Part shown: in pieces, positions 44,337 to 54,321 of the stretch | Numbering within the stretch: position 1 is the first letter of the stretch | How the letters are laid out: every line of letters starts with the position of its first letter | NCBI GenBank assembly: GCA_000002445.1 | Contig: CM000208.1 | Location: 2,912,001-2,976,000, forward strand | Direction: 5' to 3' | From: Trypanosoma brucei | Taxonomy: Eukaryota | DNA length: 64,000 nucleotides | Position numbers and translations under genes: made by a program | The notes under the pieces: model-generated | Database searches by the model: none | What the model was told of the DNA's origin: nothing | The model's input: only the letters and a program-made list of their open reading frames with translations

Positions 44337-44655
44337 CCGTCGCCTCAACTTCACCACGTACGACATTCGACCCCATCTTCGGCATGTGATCCGTTCCCAT
44401 CGTCACAGGAAGTGACTCACCGGTCAGTGCTGCTTCGTCAACGTCAATCACACCTTCGTTAATCGTGCAGTCAGCGGGAACGGCGGAACCAGACCCAAGC
44501 TTCACAAGGTCACCGGGAACCAGTAATGCGGCGTCTATCTGCTGCCAGGTACCGTCACGGTAAGCGGTCGCAATAGGTTTCAAAGAGTTCTTCAGTGCAG
44601 CGACCGCATCACCAGCTTTTATCGTCTCATACCACCCAATGAGAGCGTTAGCGAG
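44337..44655 (-). pseudogene. 319-bp relic of a P-type H+-ATPase gene (codons about 119-224 of the intact copies), flanked by unrelated sequence
   Basis: About 99% nucleotide identity to 53224-53541 and 49512-49830. The homology ends abruptly at both sides. It carries MGTDHMPK where both intact copies have MGTEHMPK. Confidence 0.85.
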
Positions 44656-46631
44656 TAATGTTAGAACACCGAACCACCATGTTCTGGCTATTTTTTTGTA
44701 CTACTAATACTCCTTTCCACCCCTTTGTTCGTGTGTGTGGAGGGAGTATTAAAACCAGAGCACGAACACTGCGTGCACTGCAGAGAACATATGTGGAAAT
44801 TCAAATATTAACTGTGACGAGATTGAACATTTGGTGCGGTTCCTTCTTGACATAACCGCGTATCAGAAGGAACACGTTAGGGAATTTCCTAACCGACCAT
44901 AGTTTTTCGCCACATGCACACGTGGCTTATTCCTTTGCTACCTCCTTCATGCGGCAATTGCCGCCGCGCACCGTAACGGTAAACCCAGTGTATGACCTCT
45001 CAAGAAATACAATGGTATGCATTTTCGCAGGATGACAAAAGAAGAGGACCTATATCATCTTTGTCCCTTCGCAATTTGCTCCGCTCCCCTTGAAAAAAAA
45101 AAAATCACATGACCGTACCGCCAAGAAACTTTCACCGCGAGAAGAAAAAAGAGAAGAATAAAATGAGCTTCGAGGGTCAGAAGCAGTTTGAAGGTAACAG
45201 GTGAGCGTAGCGAAAGGAACAACGGCCTAAATAGAGTGATATTCTCCCACAATAACCTTTTCCTCTTCGCTTATTTGGCGTTCCCTTACTGATAGCACTT
45301 TTACCGGTAAACAAACTACCACGCATGCGACCGACCACAGGTTTTGAAAAAAAAAAGCTTTAGATTTTATTTAACAATCTCATTTTCCCCTCTGACTACG
45401 TCCGCACGGAAAAAAAATCAGAAAATAATTTAAGAGAAAGGTACAAAAAAATAAAGGAAAAACGTGCCAACACATTGCCCTCGTTTCTACTGGTTTTGTT
45501 TTATTTGATACCTTCGATACTGCGCCCCAAAACGACGGAAACCGCGAGTCAGTTCAGTAAAAGATTTGTGCACGATCCAAGGTTTGTAAGATTTCTTTTT
45601 CATCCTTTACCGTTTCTTTGGGAAGGATGGATGGAAATGCGACCGTCATCTCCCTTTTTTCTGTCTCCACGCGCTCCCGCTCAAATTTCCCTTTACTCCT
45701 CCTCTTTTTTCTTCGAAAGGGTGGGGCATTCGCATACGCGTACGTGCAGAAATACACTTACGGATATTTGCAATAATGTGCAAAGGGAGATGATCGGCAC
45801 GTTAAAGGAGAAAACGAAAAATATTGCATCACAACCGAATTACTCCCGCGGCGCCACTCGCCCCTTTTTTTTCTCCCAAGTACCCAATACCACAAACCAC
45901 CCACTTTGAAAAGTTCCCCCCCTTTTTTTCCTTAGCCTCTGCTTTTTCCTAACCTCACTCCCCTGGCAATAATGTAGTTCCTCTTCTCCATTTCTCTTTC
46001 TCTCCCCATAAATGCCCGGGTTACACTGAGCACCAAAATATTTCACACAATGGTGCGGTGCTACTACGATGAAGCGAAGGAAAAAAAAAAGATGGATAAC
46101 CTCACAAATTTCACTCGTGTTTTCTTCTCAATTTCTCATTGATTGCATTCGTAAGCTTTCCCCCTTTTACATATATCTTAAAATCTTTTTACAATAAACA
46201 CTACTCGCTTCCCTCCTCTTTCCGCTATCATCAATGTAAGTACAACAAAATTACGCAAGCACCCAAGCTGTAAACGCGTGCTTCGTTCATAAGAAAATGA
46301 CGCTCTATCTTTTTTTTCCTTTACCTTTCATTACATTATCAATCTTTCGCAGTGTGTCAGTCCTATCGTTTGCCCTCCCACACACACACTTACACACACA
46401 CCATCATTACCAACTACTAAAAGTTCAAAACAAATAAACAATAACAACGATAATAAAGTCACCTCGTCATCTCTCCACTTTACGAGAGGGAATCATGACC
46501 GGTCCATCGAAATAATGCCGAGGCACATCGGAGGTTGCGAAATGGCCAGTTTTTTTCTCATTACACTTCGTCCCGTGTTTAGGAATTTTTTTAAACTGAA
46601 GGCTCTAATTACAGAGTCGACCGCGCGAGAA

Positions 46632-46670
46632 CCACCACCACCACCACTACCACCACCACCACCACCACCA
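46632..46670. repeat. (CCA)n trinucleotide microsatellite, about 13 units with one CTA interruption, followed by an A-rich tract
   Basis: Read directly from the sequence. Confidence 0.9.
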
Positions 46671-47444
46671 AAAAAACAAACAAACAAACAAAGCGTTTAC
46701 GATAAAAAAAAAAAAGAATTAAGGAAAAGATCTTTTATTTCTCAGCATACACTCATGCTACTGCTGAAGCGTGCGACTGGGGTGACAAAATTAGAGGTTT
46801 ACGCTGCCGCTAATGGACAGGAGAACATCAGGCAACTGTTGAAATGCATATGGATGAGAACAATACCACACGCATGCAGCTCGCTACGTCCACGGTTGCG
46901 AGGGGAAATTGAATTATAACGACGGAACAATACCAAAAAAATCCGCTTTCCCACAAGTTAATGCACTGAAACATCGCAAAAAAAAGATGCATGAAAAGAA
47001 TATCCTCTCCAACAACAATACCCCACCTCTAGAGTTACCGATCACAGCCATGTCGCACACATAAAATACTCACAATAAAGACCGTTATATGTCTTTTCAT
47101 TAAAGAAAAGAAAAAAAATTAATAAAGCCAACATATAAGGGAAATAATGAGGATGAGGCAACAACGGAAGCGCACTGTTCAACCCCACAACAGCTTCGTG
47201 ATTCCCCACCTTCACCCACCCACCTTCACGCTCATTCAAAGAAAAAAAACATACACAAAAACTTACTAAGCATCCCTGATTAAAATGAAGGCCAACAGAT
47301 ACCACATTTCTAACCCCAATTCGCGAAAAGGAAAATAACACACGCACGCGCCTCCATATTAGCACAAACCAAACGAGAAAAGCGCAGCTTTATAAAAAAA
47401 AATCAATGTGATTGTTCCGAAAGGAGAAAAAAAATATAATATTT

Positions 47445-50183
47445 TTAAATAGGTTCCTTAGACGACTTAGCATTATAAACAATTTCTTTCCCACCGCTTG
47501 CACGAGACACACAGCCAAATATGTCGAAGGCCTCCATTAGCATGTGAGTCAAAACCTTCACGACATCTTGGACGATCCACCACAAAATGCAATATATCCA
47601 AACCCAAAGTGGATACAATCTATCCGCAACAGTTTCACCTCGTGCAAGACCCTCGACAGGAACACCATCAGAACTTGATTTCTTCCAAACCGAGGCGGCG
47701 ATCGTCGAGATTACCAGTGAGATCACCGCACCGACCAGCAGTATAGTGCCCGGAGCCATCGAGAAAAAGAACCTTCCACCAGTACGTGAGGAGAATAGAG
47801 TCAAGAAGTCAGAAATCGATATCTTGAGGTACAGGAGAGTAACTATTTTGCCCTCCTTCAAGGAAGGAATGTTGAGTTTGCCAAACCAAGAGTTGGGGTA
47901 CCTTTTCTCATCATAAGCATCAAGAGCCATCCACAGCAGTAGTAGAGACGAGGCACAGGCAACAACAGACATAATTATAGCGCTTGTGAACACAACAGGA
48001 ATGTTCCAACGCTGCGGAAGCTTCGAGGGCACCACACGGTCATATCCAATGGTCATCAGGCACCCGTCGTTCAGGAGCGTGATCAGCATGAACATCATCA
48101 CTGGGAGGTAGAAAACCTGGAATTCGGGGTTCTCAATTCCATAGTCGTGAGGTGTCAACGAGAAGCAGGCGATAAAAAAGAAGCACACCAACTGCATTGT
48201 GGCGGAAATACGGTATGTTAGAAAAGACAACATACGTTGGAACACCTGGCGCGATACAAACATCGCATCAACAACAACACTCAAACCAGGGTCTGTCAGC
48301 ACCATGTCTGCCGCGGCACGAGCGGCGTCTGTCGCGCCCTGTACAGCAATACCGACGTCCGCACGTTTCAGGGCAGGCGCGTCGTTCACACCATCACCAG
48401 TCATCGCGCACGTGTACCCGCGCTGCCGAAGCGCCTCAACGATCAAAAACTTGTGCTCGGGGAAGACCTGTGCGAACCCGCCGACACTCAGCATCATGTC
48501 ACCGTACTTCTCGCCAAGGTCGCTGGGCATATCGTTGACATCCACCTTGGGAAGCTTCTCGGCGGTTAGGATGTTCGGATCAAGGTCCAGCATGCGGCAC
48601 ATTTCCTTCGCAATGAGCACATGGTCACCAGTGATCATCTTTACATCCACGCCATACTGCCTACTACGGCGAATTGTCTCCTTCGTGTCCGGGCGCGGGG
48701 GATCGAGGAACGTCAGGATTCCACAGAGATGCCAACGACCCGCGGAGTCTGTTTTCGCCACAGAGAGGCATCGGATACCGCGCGACGCCAATTTGTCAAT
48801 GATATCGACCACAGAGTCATTGATCTCATCTTGATTGTGCACCATCTCTATAATAACGTGTGGTGCGCCTTTCGTCACACTGAACTTCTCACCACTTCGC
48901 TTATCAACCAATGTAGCGGCCGTTCGTTTCGTCGTTGGATCAAATGGCACGAACTCAAGCTGCTCGTAGTTGTCGCACTCGTCCAGATCTGCAGCACCAA
49001 GTACCATCGTGTCCAGTGCATCACGGGGAGGCTCACGCCACTTTGCTGCAAGCGCGGAAAGTACAAGCAGTGAACGCAGATCGTGACCCTTCTCAAATGT
49101 GAAGCACTGTTCCTGAATCTCCATCTTGTTCAACGTCAGAGTACCGGTTTTGTCAGAGCAAAGCATGTTCACACCAGACATTGTCTCAATGGCTGTCAGT
49201 CTCGTCACAATGATTTTGTGCTTCGACAGCTTCTTTGAACCCACAGCGAGAGTGGTCGTCACAACAATCTCCAAAGCAATAGGAATGGATACCACAAGCA
49301 CTACAACAGCGAACTGCAAGGCATCACGGAACTTTTGCTTGAAATTTACCATCAGATAGATGAAGCAAATCAAGCAAAGTACGAACGAGAAACTCGACAA
49401 GATGACCATCACGCGCATGAGAATTATACGGATACTGCCAATGTCAGCCTCCACAGACTGAAGTAGCGTTGCCGTCTTGCCAAAAAAGGTGCTCTGACCT
49501 GTGTATTGCACCGTCGCATCAACTTCACCACGTACGACATTCGACCCCATCTTCGGCATGTGTTCCGTTCCCATCGTCACAGGAAGTGACTCACCGGTCA
49601 GTGCTGCTTCGTCAACGTCAATCACACCTTCGTTAATCGTGCAGTCAGCGGGAACGGCGGAACCAGACCCAAGCTTCACAAGGTCACCGGGAACCAGTAA
49701 TGCGGCGTCTATCTGCTGCCAGGTACCGTCACGGTAAGCGGTCGCAATAGGTTTCAAAGAGTTCTTCAGTGCAGCGACCGCATCACCAGCTTTTATCGTC
49801 TCATACCACCCAATGAGAGCGTTAGCGAGCTGAATGCCGAGCAGGACGGCACCATCAGCAAAGTGCTGTAACGCAAACTGGATTATTATGACAATCCACA
49901 AAACAATCGGCATAGGGCCCCATAGATTCCGCAAAAATATCAGCCAACTGGGTGTTTTCTTTTCCGGCAGCTCGTTACGACCGTATTTAAGCAACAACTC
50001 CTCTGCTTCCGCGGATGTCAATCCCTTCGAGGGCGGCACCAGTGGTACACTGCCATCATCACCCTCACGGTGCTCACTGATAGCCTTTGATAGCACAGAT
50101 TGGCGGCGTTGCGGTTTCTGTGGCTTGTGCACTTCACCGGCGTCGTTGGTTCCCGGAACACCCTTTGGTCCAGTATCCCCCAT
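47445..50183 (-). CDS. Plasma-membrane-type P3A H+-ATPase (proton pump), tandem copy A, 912 aa
   Basis: TGES (ALTGESLPV), DKTGTLT phosphorylation site, TGDGVNDAPAL and MITGDHV motifs, 10 TM segments. Matches trypanosomatid HA1/HA2/HA3 and Leishmania H1A/H1B. Confidence 0.95.
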   Translation of the reverse strand: MGDTGPKGVPGTNDAGEVHKPQKPQRRQSVLSKAISEHREGDDGSVPLVPPSKGLTSAEAEELLLKYGRNELPEKKTPSWLIFLRNLWGPMPIVLWIVIIIQFALQHFADGAVLLGIQLANALIGWYETIKAGDAVAALKNSLKPIATAYRDGTWQQIDAALLVPGDLVKLGSGSAVPADCTINEGVIDVDEAALTGESLPVTMGTEHMPKMGSNVVRGEVDATVQYTGQSTFFGKTATLLQSVEADIGSIRIILMRVMVILSSFSFVLCLICFIYLMVNFKQKFRDALQFAVVVLVVSIPIALEIVVTTTLAVGSKKLSKHKIIVTRLTAIETMSGVNMLCSDKTGTLTLNKMEIQEQCFTFEKGHDLRSLLVLSALAAKWREPPRDALDTMVLGAADLDECDNYEQLEFVPFDPTTKRTAATLVDKRSGEKFSVTKGAPHVIIEMVHNQDEINDSVVDIIDKLASRGIRCLSVAKTDSAGRWHLCGILTFLDPPRPDTKETIRRSRQYGVDVKMITGDHVLIAKEMCRMLDLDPNILTAEKLPKVDVNDMPSDLGEKYGDMMLSVGGFAQVFPEHKFLIVEALRQRGYTCAMTGDGVNDAPALKRADVGIAVQGATDAARAAADMVLTDPGLSVVVDAMFVSRQVFQRMLSFLTYRISATMQLVCFFFIACFSLTPHDYGIENPEFQVFYLPVMMFMLITLLNDGCLMTIGYDRVVPSKLPQRWNIPVVFTSAIIMSVVACASSLLLLWMALDAYDEKRYPNSWFGKLNIPSLKEGKIVTLLYLKISISDFLTLFSSRTGGRFFFSMAPGTILLVGAVISLVISTIAASVWKKSSSDGVPVEGLARGETVADRLYPLWVWIYCILWWIVQDVVKVLTHMLMEAFDIFGCVSRASGGKEIVYNAKSSKEPI

Positions 50184-50225
50184 TTGTATATTCCTTTGGC
50201 CTTTACTACCTTAGATGTTACAAGT

Positions 50226-50247
50226 CTTCGGGAAGGGAAGAAACGAG
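50226..50247 (-). promoter_or_regulatory. Polypyrimidine tract plus AG acceptor region (trans-splicing signal) immediately upstream of H+-ATPase copy A
   Basis: Minus-strand sequence ctcgtttcttcccttcccgaag is followed by AG dinucleotides within 40 nt of the ATG. The same block is conserved upstream of copy B. Confidence 0.4.
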
Positions 50248-51132
50248 TGCACAAGTCAGTGTTTCAGCAGTTGCACGACACCGGTTAATTCGCGACACGG
50301 AACGTCGAAAGAAAGGACGCAAAATCCCCCAGGATACGTTGTTGGGCCAAGTGACCTCAATGGTTATCAAAGGTATTAATGAACTATAGGTCCGGAAGTT
50401 GTTGGTAAACTCGACCCTCCCGCATTGAAAGTGTACATACAAGTAGCCACATGCACATTAGAGCTGCAATGAGCAACATCACAAAAACGCCTTTACACTC
50501 TCCATCCAATTCCCTTTCTTTTCAGTATTTTTCTTACTTTTGCTTGCAATTATTCTCTTATTAATGTTGGATACATTATTCGGTGTTGGTGGCACCAATA
50601 CCCTGCCCCCCCTTACTGCACTTTCCCATACTTTCCCCCCACCCATCATGCAAAGTTATACATCACTTATGCGATGTTGTTTACATTACCCCGTACACAT
50701 CCACTTCTTGTGTCCCTCCATCCCCCCACAGGCCATTCGTCGCGGGTTCTCCACCAAATGTCCCTGCTGCGTTGCGGGTCCCTCTGCACACACGCTGAGT
50801 TGTCGCACAGCATCCAATCACCCAACTCAAACAACCGGAGAAGAGGGAAGGTAAAGAGTTAAACGCTCTGCAGTACGCAACGCATCAAAAGCACATCTGA
50901 AATGAGAAACACATGGACGTGTAATTGACTGAATCCATGACACGGCCTATAAACTCGGTAAAGCATCCACTTTGCGTGCCACACAAGTGCAGCACGCGAA
51001 GTTCTTCCTTTCCCACTCCAGTCCGTTGCTACCGAGATCGCAGAGGAACATTCCACTCACAACGAGCAGGAAACAAACTAGGGCACGTCAGACGGAGGAA
51101 CATCATTGTCACGTCATGTTACTTTAGATTCA

Positions 51133-53895
51133 TTATAGCGTAGGTTCTTTAGGTGCACCACCCTCACCATCTTTACACACGCTGCCACACTCAACATCGG
51201 CCCCTCTCCCAGAACGCGACACACAGCCAAATATGTCGAAGGCCTCCATTAGCATGTGAGCAAGAACCTTCACGACATCTTGGACGATCCACCACAAAAT
51301 GCAATATATCCAAACCCAAAGCGGCAACAGCTTCGCTGCGGTATCTCCTCCAACCGCAAGACCCTCCGTCGGCACACCATCAGAACTTGATTTCTTCCAA
51401 ACCGAGGCGGCGATCGTCGAGATTACCAGTGAGATCACCGCACCGACCAGCAGTATAGTGCCCGGAGCCATCGAGAAAAAGAACCTTCCACCAGTACGTG
51501 AGGAGAATAGAGTCAAGAAGTCAGAAATCGATATCTTGAGGTACAGGAGAGTAACTATTTTGCCCTCCTTCAAGGAAGGAATGTTGAGTTTGCCAAACCA
51601 AGAGTTGGGGTACCTTTTCTCATCATAAGCATCAAGAGCCATCCACAGCAGTAGTAGAGACGAGGCACAGGCAACAACAGACATAATTATAGCGCTTGTG
51701 AACACAACAGGAATGTTCCAACGCTGCGGAAGCTTCGAGGGCACCACACGGTCATATCCAATGGTCATCAGGCACCCGTCGTTCAGGAGCGTGATCAGCA
51801 TGAACATCATCACTGGGAGGTAGAAAACCTGGAATTTGGGGTCCTCAATTCCATAGTCGTGAGGTGTCAACGAGAAGCAGGCGATAAAAAAGAAGCACAC
51901 CAACTGCAGCGTGGCGGAAATACGGTATGTTAGAAAAGACAACATACGTTGGAACACCTGGCGCGATACAAACATCGCATCAACAACAACACTCAAACCA
52001 GGGTCTGTCAGCACCATGTCTGCCGCGGCACGAGCGGCGTCTGTCGCGCCGTGTACAGCAATACCGACGTCCGCACGTTTCAGGGCAGGCGCGTCGTTCA
52101 CACCATCACCAGTCATCGCGCACGTGTACCCGCGCTGCCGAAGCGCCTCAACGATCAAAAACTTGTGCTCGGGGAAGACCTGTGCGAACCCGCCGACACT
52201 CAGCATCATGTCACCGTACTTCTCGCCAAGGTCGCTGGGCATATTATTGACATCCACCTTGGGAAGCTTCTCAACGGTTAGGATGTTCGGATCAAGGTCC
52301 AGCATGCGGCACATTTCCTTCGCAATGAGCACATGGTCACCAGTGATCATCTTTACATCCACGCCATACTGCCTACTACGGCGAATTGTCTCCTTCGTGT
52401 CCGGGCGCGGGGGATCGAGGAACGTCAGGATTCCACAGAGATGCCAACGACCCGCGGAGTCTGTTTTCGCCACAGAGAGGCATCGGATACCGCGCGACGC
52501 CAATTTGTCAATGATATCGACCACAGAGTCATTGATCTCATCTTGATTGTACACCATTTGTAGTATCACGTGTGGTGCGCCTTTCGTCACACTGAACTTC
52601 TCACCACTTCGCTTATCAACCAATGTAGCGGCCGTTCGTTTCGTCGTTGGATCAAATGGCACGAACTCAAGCTGCTCGTAGTTGTCGCACTCGTCCAGAT
52701 CTGCAGCACCAAGTACCATCGTGTCCAGTGCATCACGGGGAGGCTCACGCCACTTTGCTGCAAGCGCGGAAAGTACAAGCAGTGAACGCAGATCGTGACC
52801 CTTCTCAAATGTGAAGCACTGTTCCTGAATCTCCATCTTGTTCAACGTCAGAGTACCGGTTTTGTCAGAGCAAAGCATGTTCACACCAGACATTGTCTCA
52901 ATGGCTGTCAGTCTCGTCACAATGATTTTGTGCTTCGACAGCTTCTTTGAACCCACAGCGAGAGTGGTCGTCACAACAATCTCCAAAGCAATAGGAATGG
53001 ATACCACAAGCACTACAACAGCGAACTGCAAGGCATCACGGAACTTTTGCTTGAAATTTACCATCAGATAGATGAAGCAAGCCAAGCAAAGTACGAACGA
53101 GAAACTCGACAAGATGACCATCACGCGCATGAGAATTATACGGATACTGCCAATGTCAGCCTCCACAGACTGAAGTAGCGTTGCCGTCTTGCCAAAAAAG
53201 GTGCTCTGACCTGTGTATTGCACCGTCGCCTCAACTTCACCACGTACGACATTCGACCCCATCTTCGGCATGTGTTCCGTTCCCATCGTCACAGGAAGTG
53301 ACTCACCGGTCAGTGCTGCTTCGTCAACGTCAATCACACCTTCGTTAATCGTGCAGTCAGCGGGAACGGCGGAACCAGACCCAAGCTTCACAAGGTCACC
53401 GGGAACCAGTAATGCGGCGTCTATCTGCTGCCAGGTACCGTCACGGTAAGCGGTCGCAATAGGTTTCAAAGAGTTCTTCAGTGCAGCGACCGCATCACCA
53501 GCTTTTATCGTCTCATACCACCCAATGAGAGCGTTAGCGAGCTGAATGCCGAGCAGGACGGCACCATCAGCAAAGTGCTGTAACGCAAACTGGATTATTA
53601 TGACAATCCACAAAACAATCGGCATAGGGCCCCATAGATTCCGCAAAAATATCAGCCAACTGGGTGTTTTCTTTTCCGGCAGCTCGTTACGACCGTATTT
53701 AAGCAACAACTCCTCTGCTTCCGCGGATGTCAATCCCTTCGAGGGCGGAAGCAGCGGTACACTGCCATCATCACCCTCACGGTGCTCACTGATAGCCTTT
53801 GATAGCACAGATTGGCGGCGTTGCGGTTTCTGTGGCTTGTGCACTTCACCGGCGTCGTTGGTTCCCGGAACACCCTTTGGTCCAGTATCCCCCAT
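51133..53895 (-). CDS. Plasma-membrane-type P3A H+-ATPase (proton pump), tandem copy B, 920 aa, with a different C-terminal tail
   Basis: Same motifs as copy A and near-identical over about the first 860 codons. The last 60 codons diverge (..GSVCKDGEGGAPKEPTL versus ..KEIVYNAKSSKEPI). Confidence 0.95.
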   Translation of the reverse strand: MGDTGPKGVPGTNDAGEVHKPQKPQRRQSVLSKAISEHREGDDGSVPLLPPSKGLTSAEAEELLLKYGRNELPEKKTPSWLIFLRNLWGPMPIVLWIVIIIQFALQHFADGAVLLGIQLANALIGWYETIKAGDAVAALKNSLKPIATAYRDGTWQQIDAALLVPGDLVKLGSGSAVPADCTINEGVIDVDEAALTGESLPVTMGTEHMPKMGSNVVRGEVEATVQYTGQSTFFGKTATLLQSVEADIGSIRIILMRVMVILSSFSFVLCLACFIYLMVNFKQKFRDALQFAVVVLVVSIPIALEIVVTTTLAVGSKKLSKHKIIVTRLTAIETMSGVNMLCSDKTGTLTLNKMEIQEQCFTFEKGHDLRSLLVLSALAAKWREPPRDALDTMVLGAADLDECDNYEQLEFVPFDPTTKRTAATLVDKRSGEKFSVTKGAPHVILQMVYNQDEINDSVVDIIDKLASRGIRCLSVAKTDSAGRWHLCGILTFLDPPRPDTKETIRRSRQYGVDVKMITGDHVLIAKEMCRMLDLDPNILTVEKLPKVDVNNMPSDLGEKYGDMMLSVGGFAQVFPEHKFLIVEALRQRGYTCAMTGDGVNDAPALKRADVGIAVHGATDAARAAADMVLTDPGLSVVVDAMFVSRQVFQRMLSFLTYRISATLQLVCFFFIACFSLTPHDYGIEDPKFQVFYLPVMMFMLITLLNDGCLMTIGYDRVVPSKLPQRWNIPVVFTSAIIMSVVACASSLLLLWMALDAYDEKRYPNSWFGKLNIPSLKEGKIVTLLYLKISISDFLTLFSSRTGGRFFFSMAPGTILLVGAVISLVISTIAASVWKKSSSDGVPTEGLAVGGDTAAKLLPLWVWIYCILWWIVQDVVKVLAHMLMEAFDIFGCVSRSGRGADVECGSVCKDGEGGAPKEPTL

Positions 53896-53937
53896 TTGTA
53901 TATTCCTTTGACCTTTACTACCTTAGATGTTACAAGT

Positions 53938-53959
53938 CTTCGGGAAGGGAAGAAACGAG
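53938..53959 (-). promoter_or_regulatory. Conserved polypyrimidine tract and splice-acceptor region upstream of H+-ATPase copy B
   Basis: Identical to the copy A block. 5' flank homology between the copies extends about 100 nt upstream of the ATG and then breaks. Confidence 0.4.
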
Positions 53960-54033
53960 TGCACAAGTCAGTGTTTCAGCAGTTGCACGACACCGGTGGA
54001 TTTGCATCATCTGATCTGAATCTCTTTGTTTCT

Positions 54034-54187
54034 ATACCACCCAATGAGAGCGTTAGGGAGCTGAATGCCGAGCAGGACGGCACCATCAGCAAAGTGCTGT
54101 AACGCAAACTGGATTATTATGACAATCCACATAACAATCGGCATAGGGCGCCATAGATTCCGCAAAAATATCAGCCAACTGGGTGTT
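54034..54187 (-). pseudogene. 154-bp relic of H+-ATPase (codons about 75-126) located just upstream of copy B's 5' flank
   Basis: 4 mismatches in 154 bp against 53516-53669. It is followed directly by a (GTT)7T9 microsatellite and is in sense orientation relative to the intact genes. Confidence 0.8.
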
Positions 54188-54214
54188 GTTGTTGTTGTTG
54201 TTGTTTTTTTTTTT
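54185..54214. repeat. (GTT)7 followed by T9
   Basis: Read directly. It abuts the right-hand ATPase relic. Confidence 0.9.
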
Positions 54215-54321
54215 GCGGAAGCTTGTTGAGTTGTTATTTGAGTATCGTCGCAGTTCTCTTTTGTTTTATTACCATTTTTGTTATTTTGACGGGGTTTTTT
54301 TTGCTGCTTTTACTGTGATTT

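Larger units (their letters stand above)
47445..53997. repeat. Direct tandem duplication with a period of about 3.7 kb, comprising two H+-ATPase units with shared 5' flanks
   Basis: 47445-50287 aligns with 51133-53997 at very high identity. Identity drops over the tail-coding part at the 3' ends (roughly 47445-47518 and 51133-51230) and is lost in the downstream flanks. Confidence 0.9.

Noticed and set aside
46515-46919. 134-aa plus-strand ORF containing PPPPPLPPPPPPP
   Set aside because: It is a translation of the (CCA)n microsatellite and A-rich runs, not a gene.
48199-48834. 211-aa plus-strand ORF, and an identical one at 51911-52546, lying antisense inside both H+-ATPase genes
   Set aside because: It lies wholly within a strongly supported minus-strand CDS and is duplicated only because the host gene is duplicated. 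Long antisense ORFs are expected from codon bias, and it has no motifs.
47445-54187. Repeat-spacer-like periodicity that might suggest a CRISPR array or a prokaryotic tandem element
   Set aside because: The repeats are 2.7-kb protein-coding units (P-type ATPase), not short direct repeats. The eukaryotic kinetoplastid context makes CRISPR or defence-island interpretations inapplicable.
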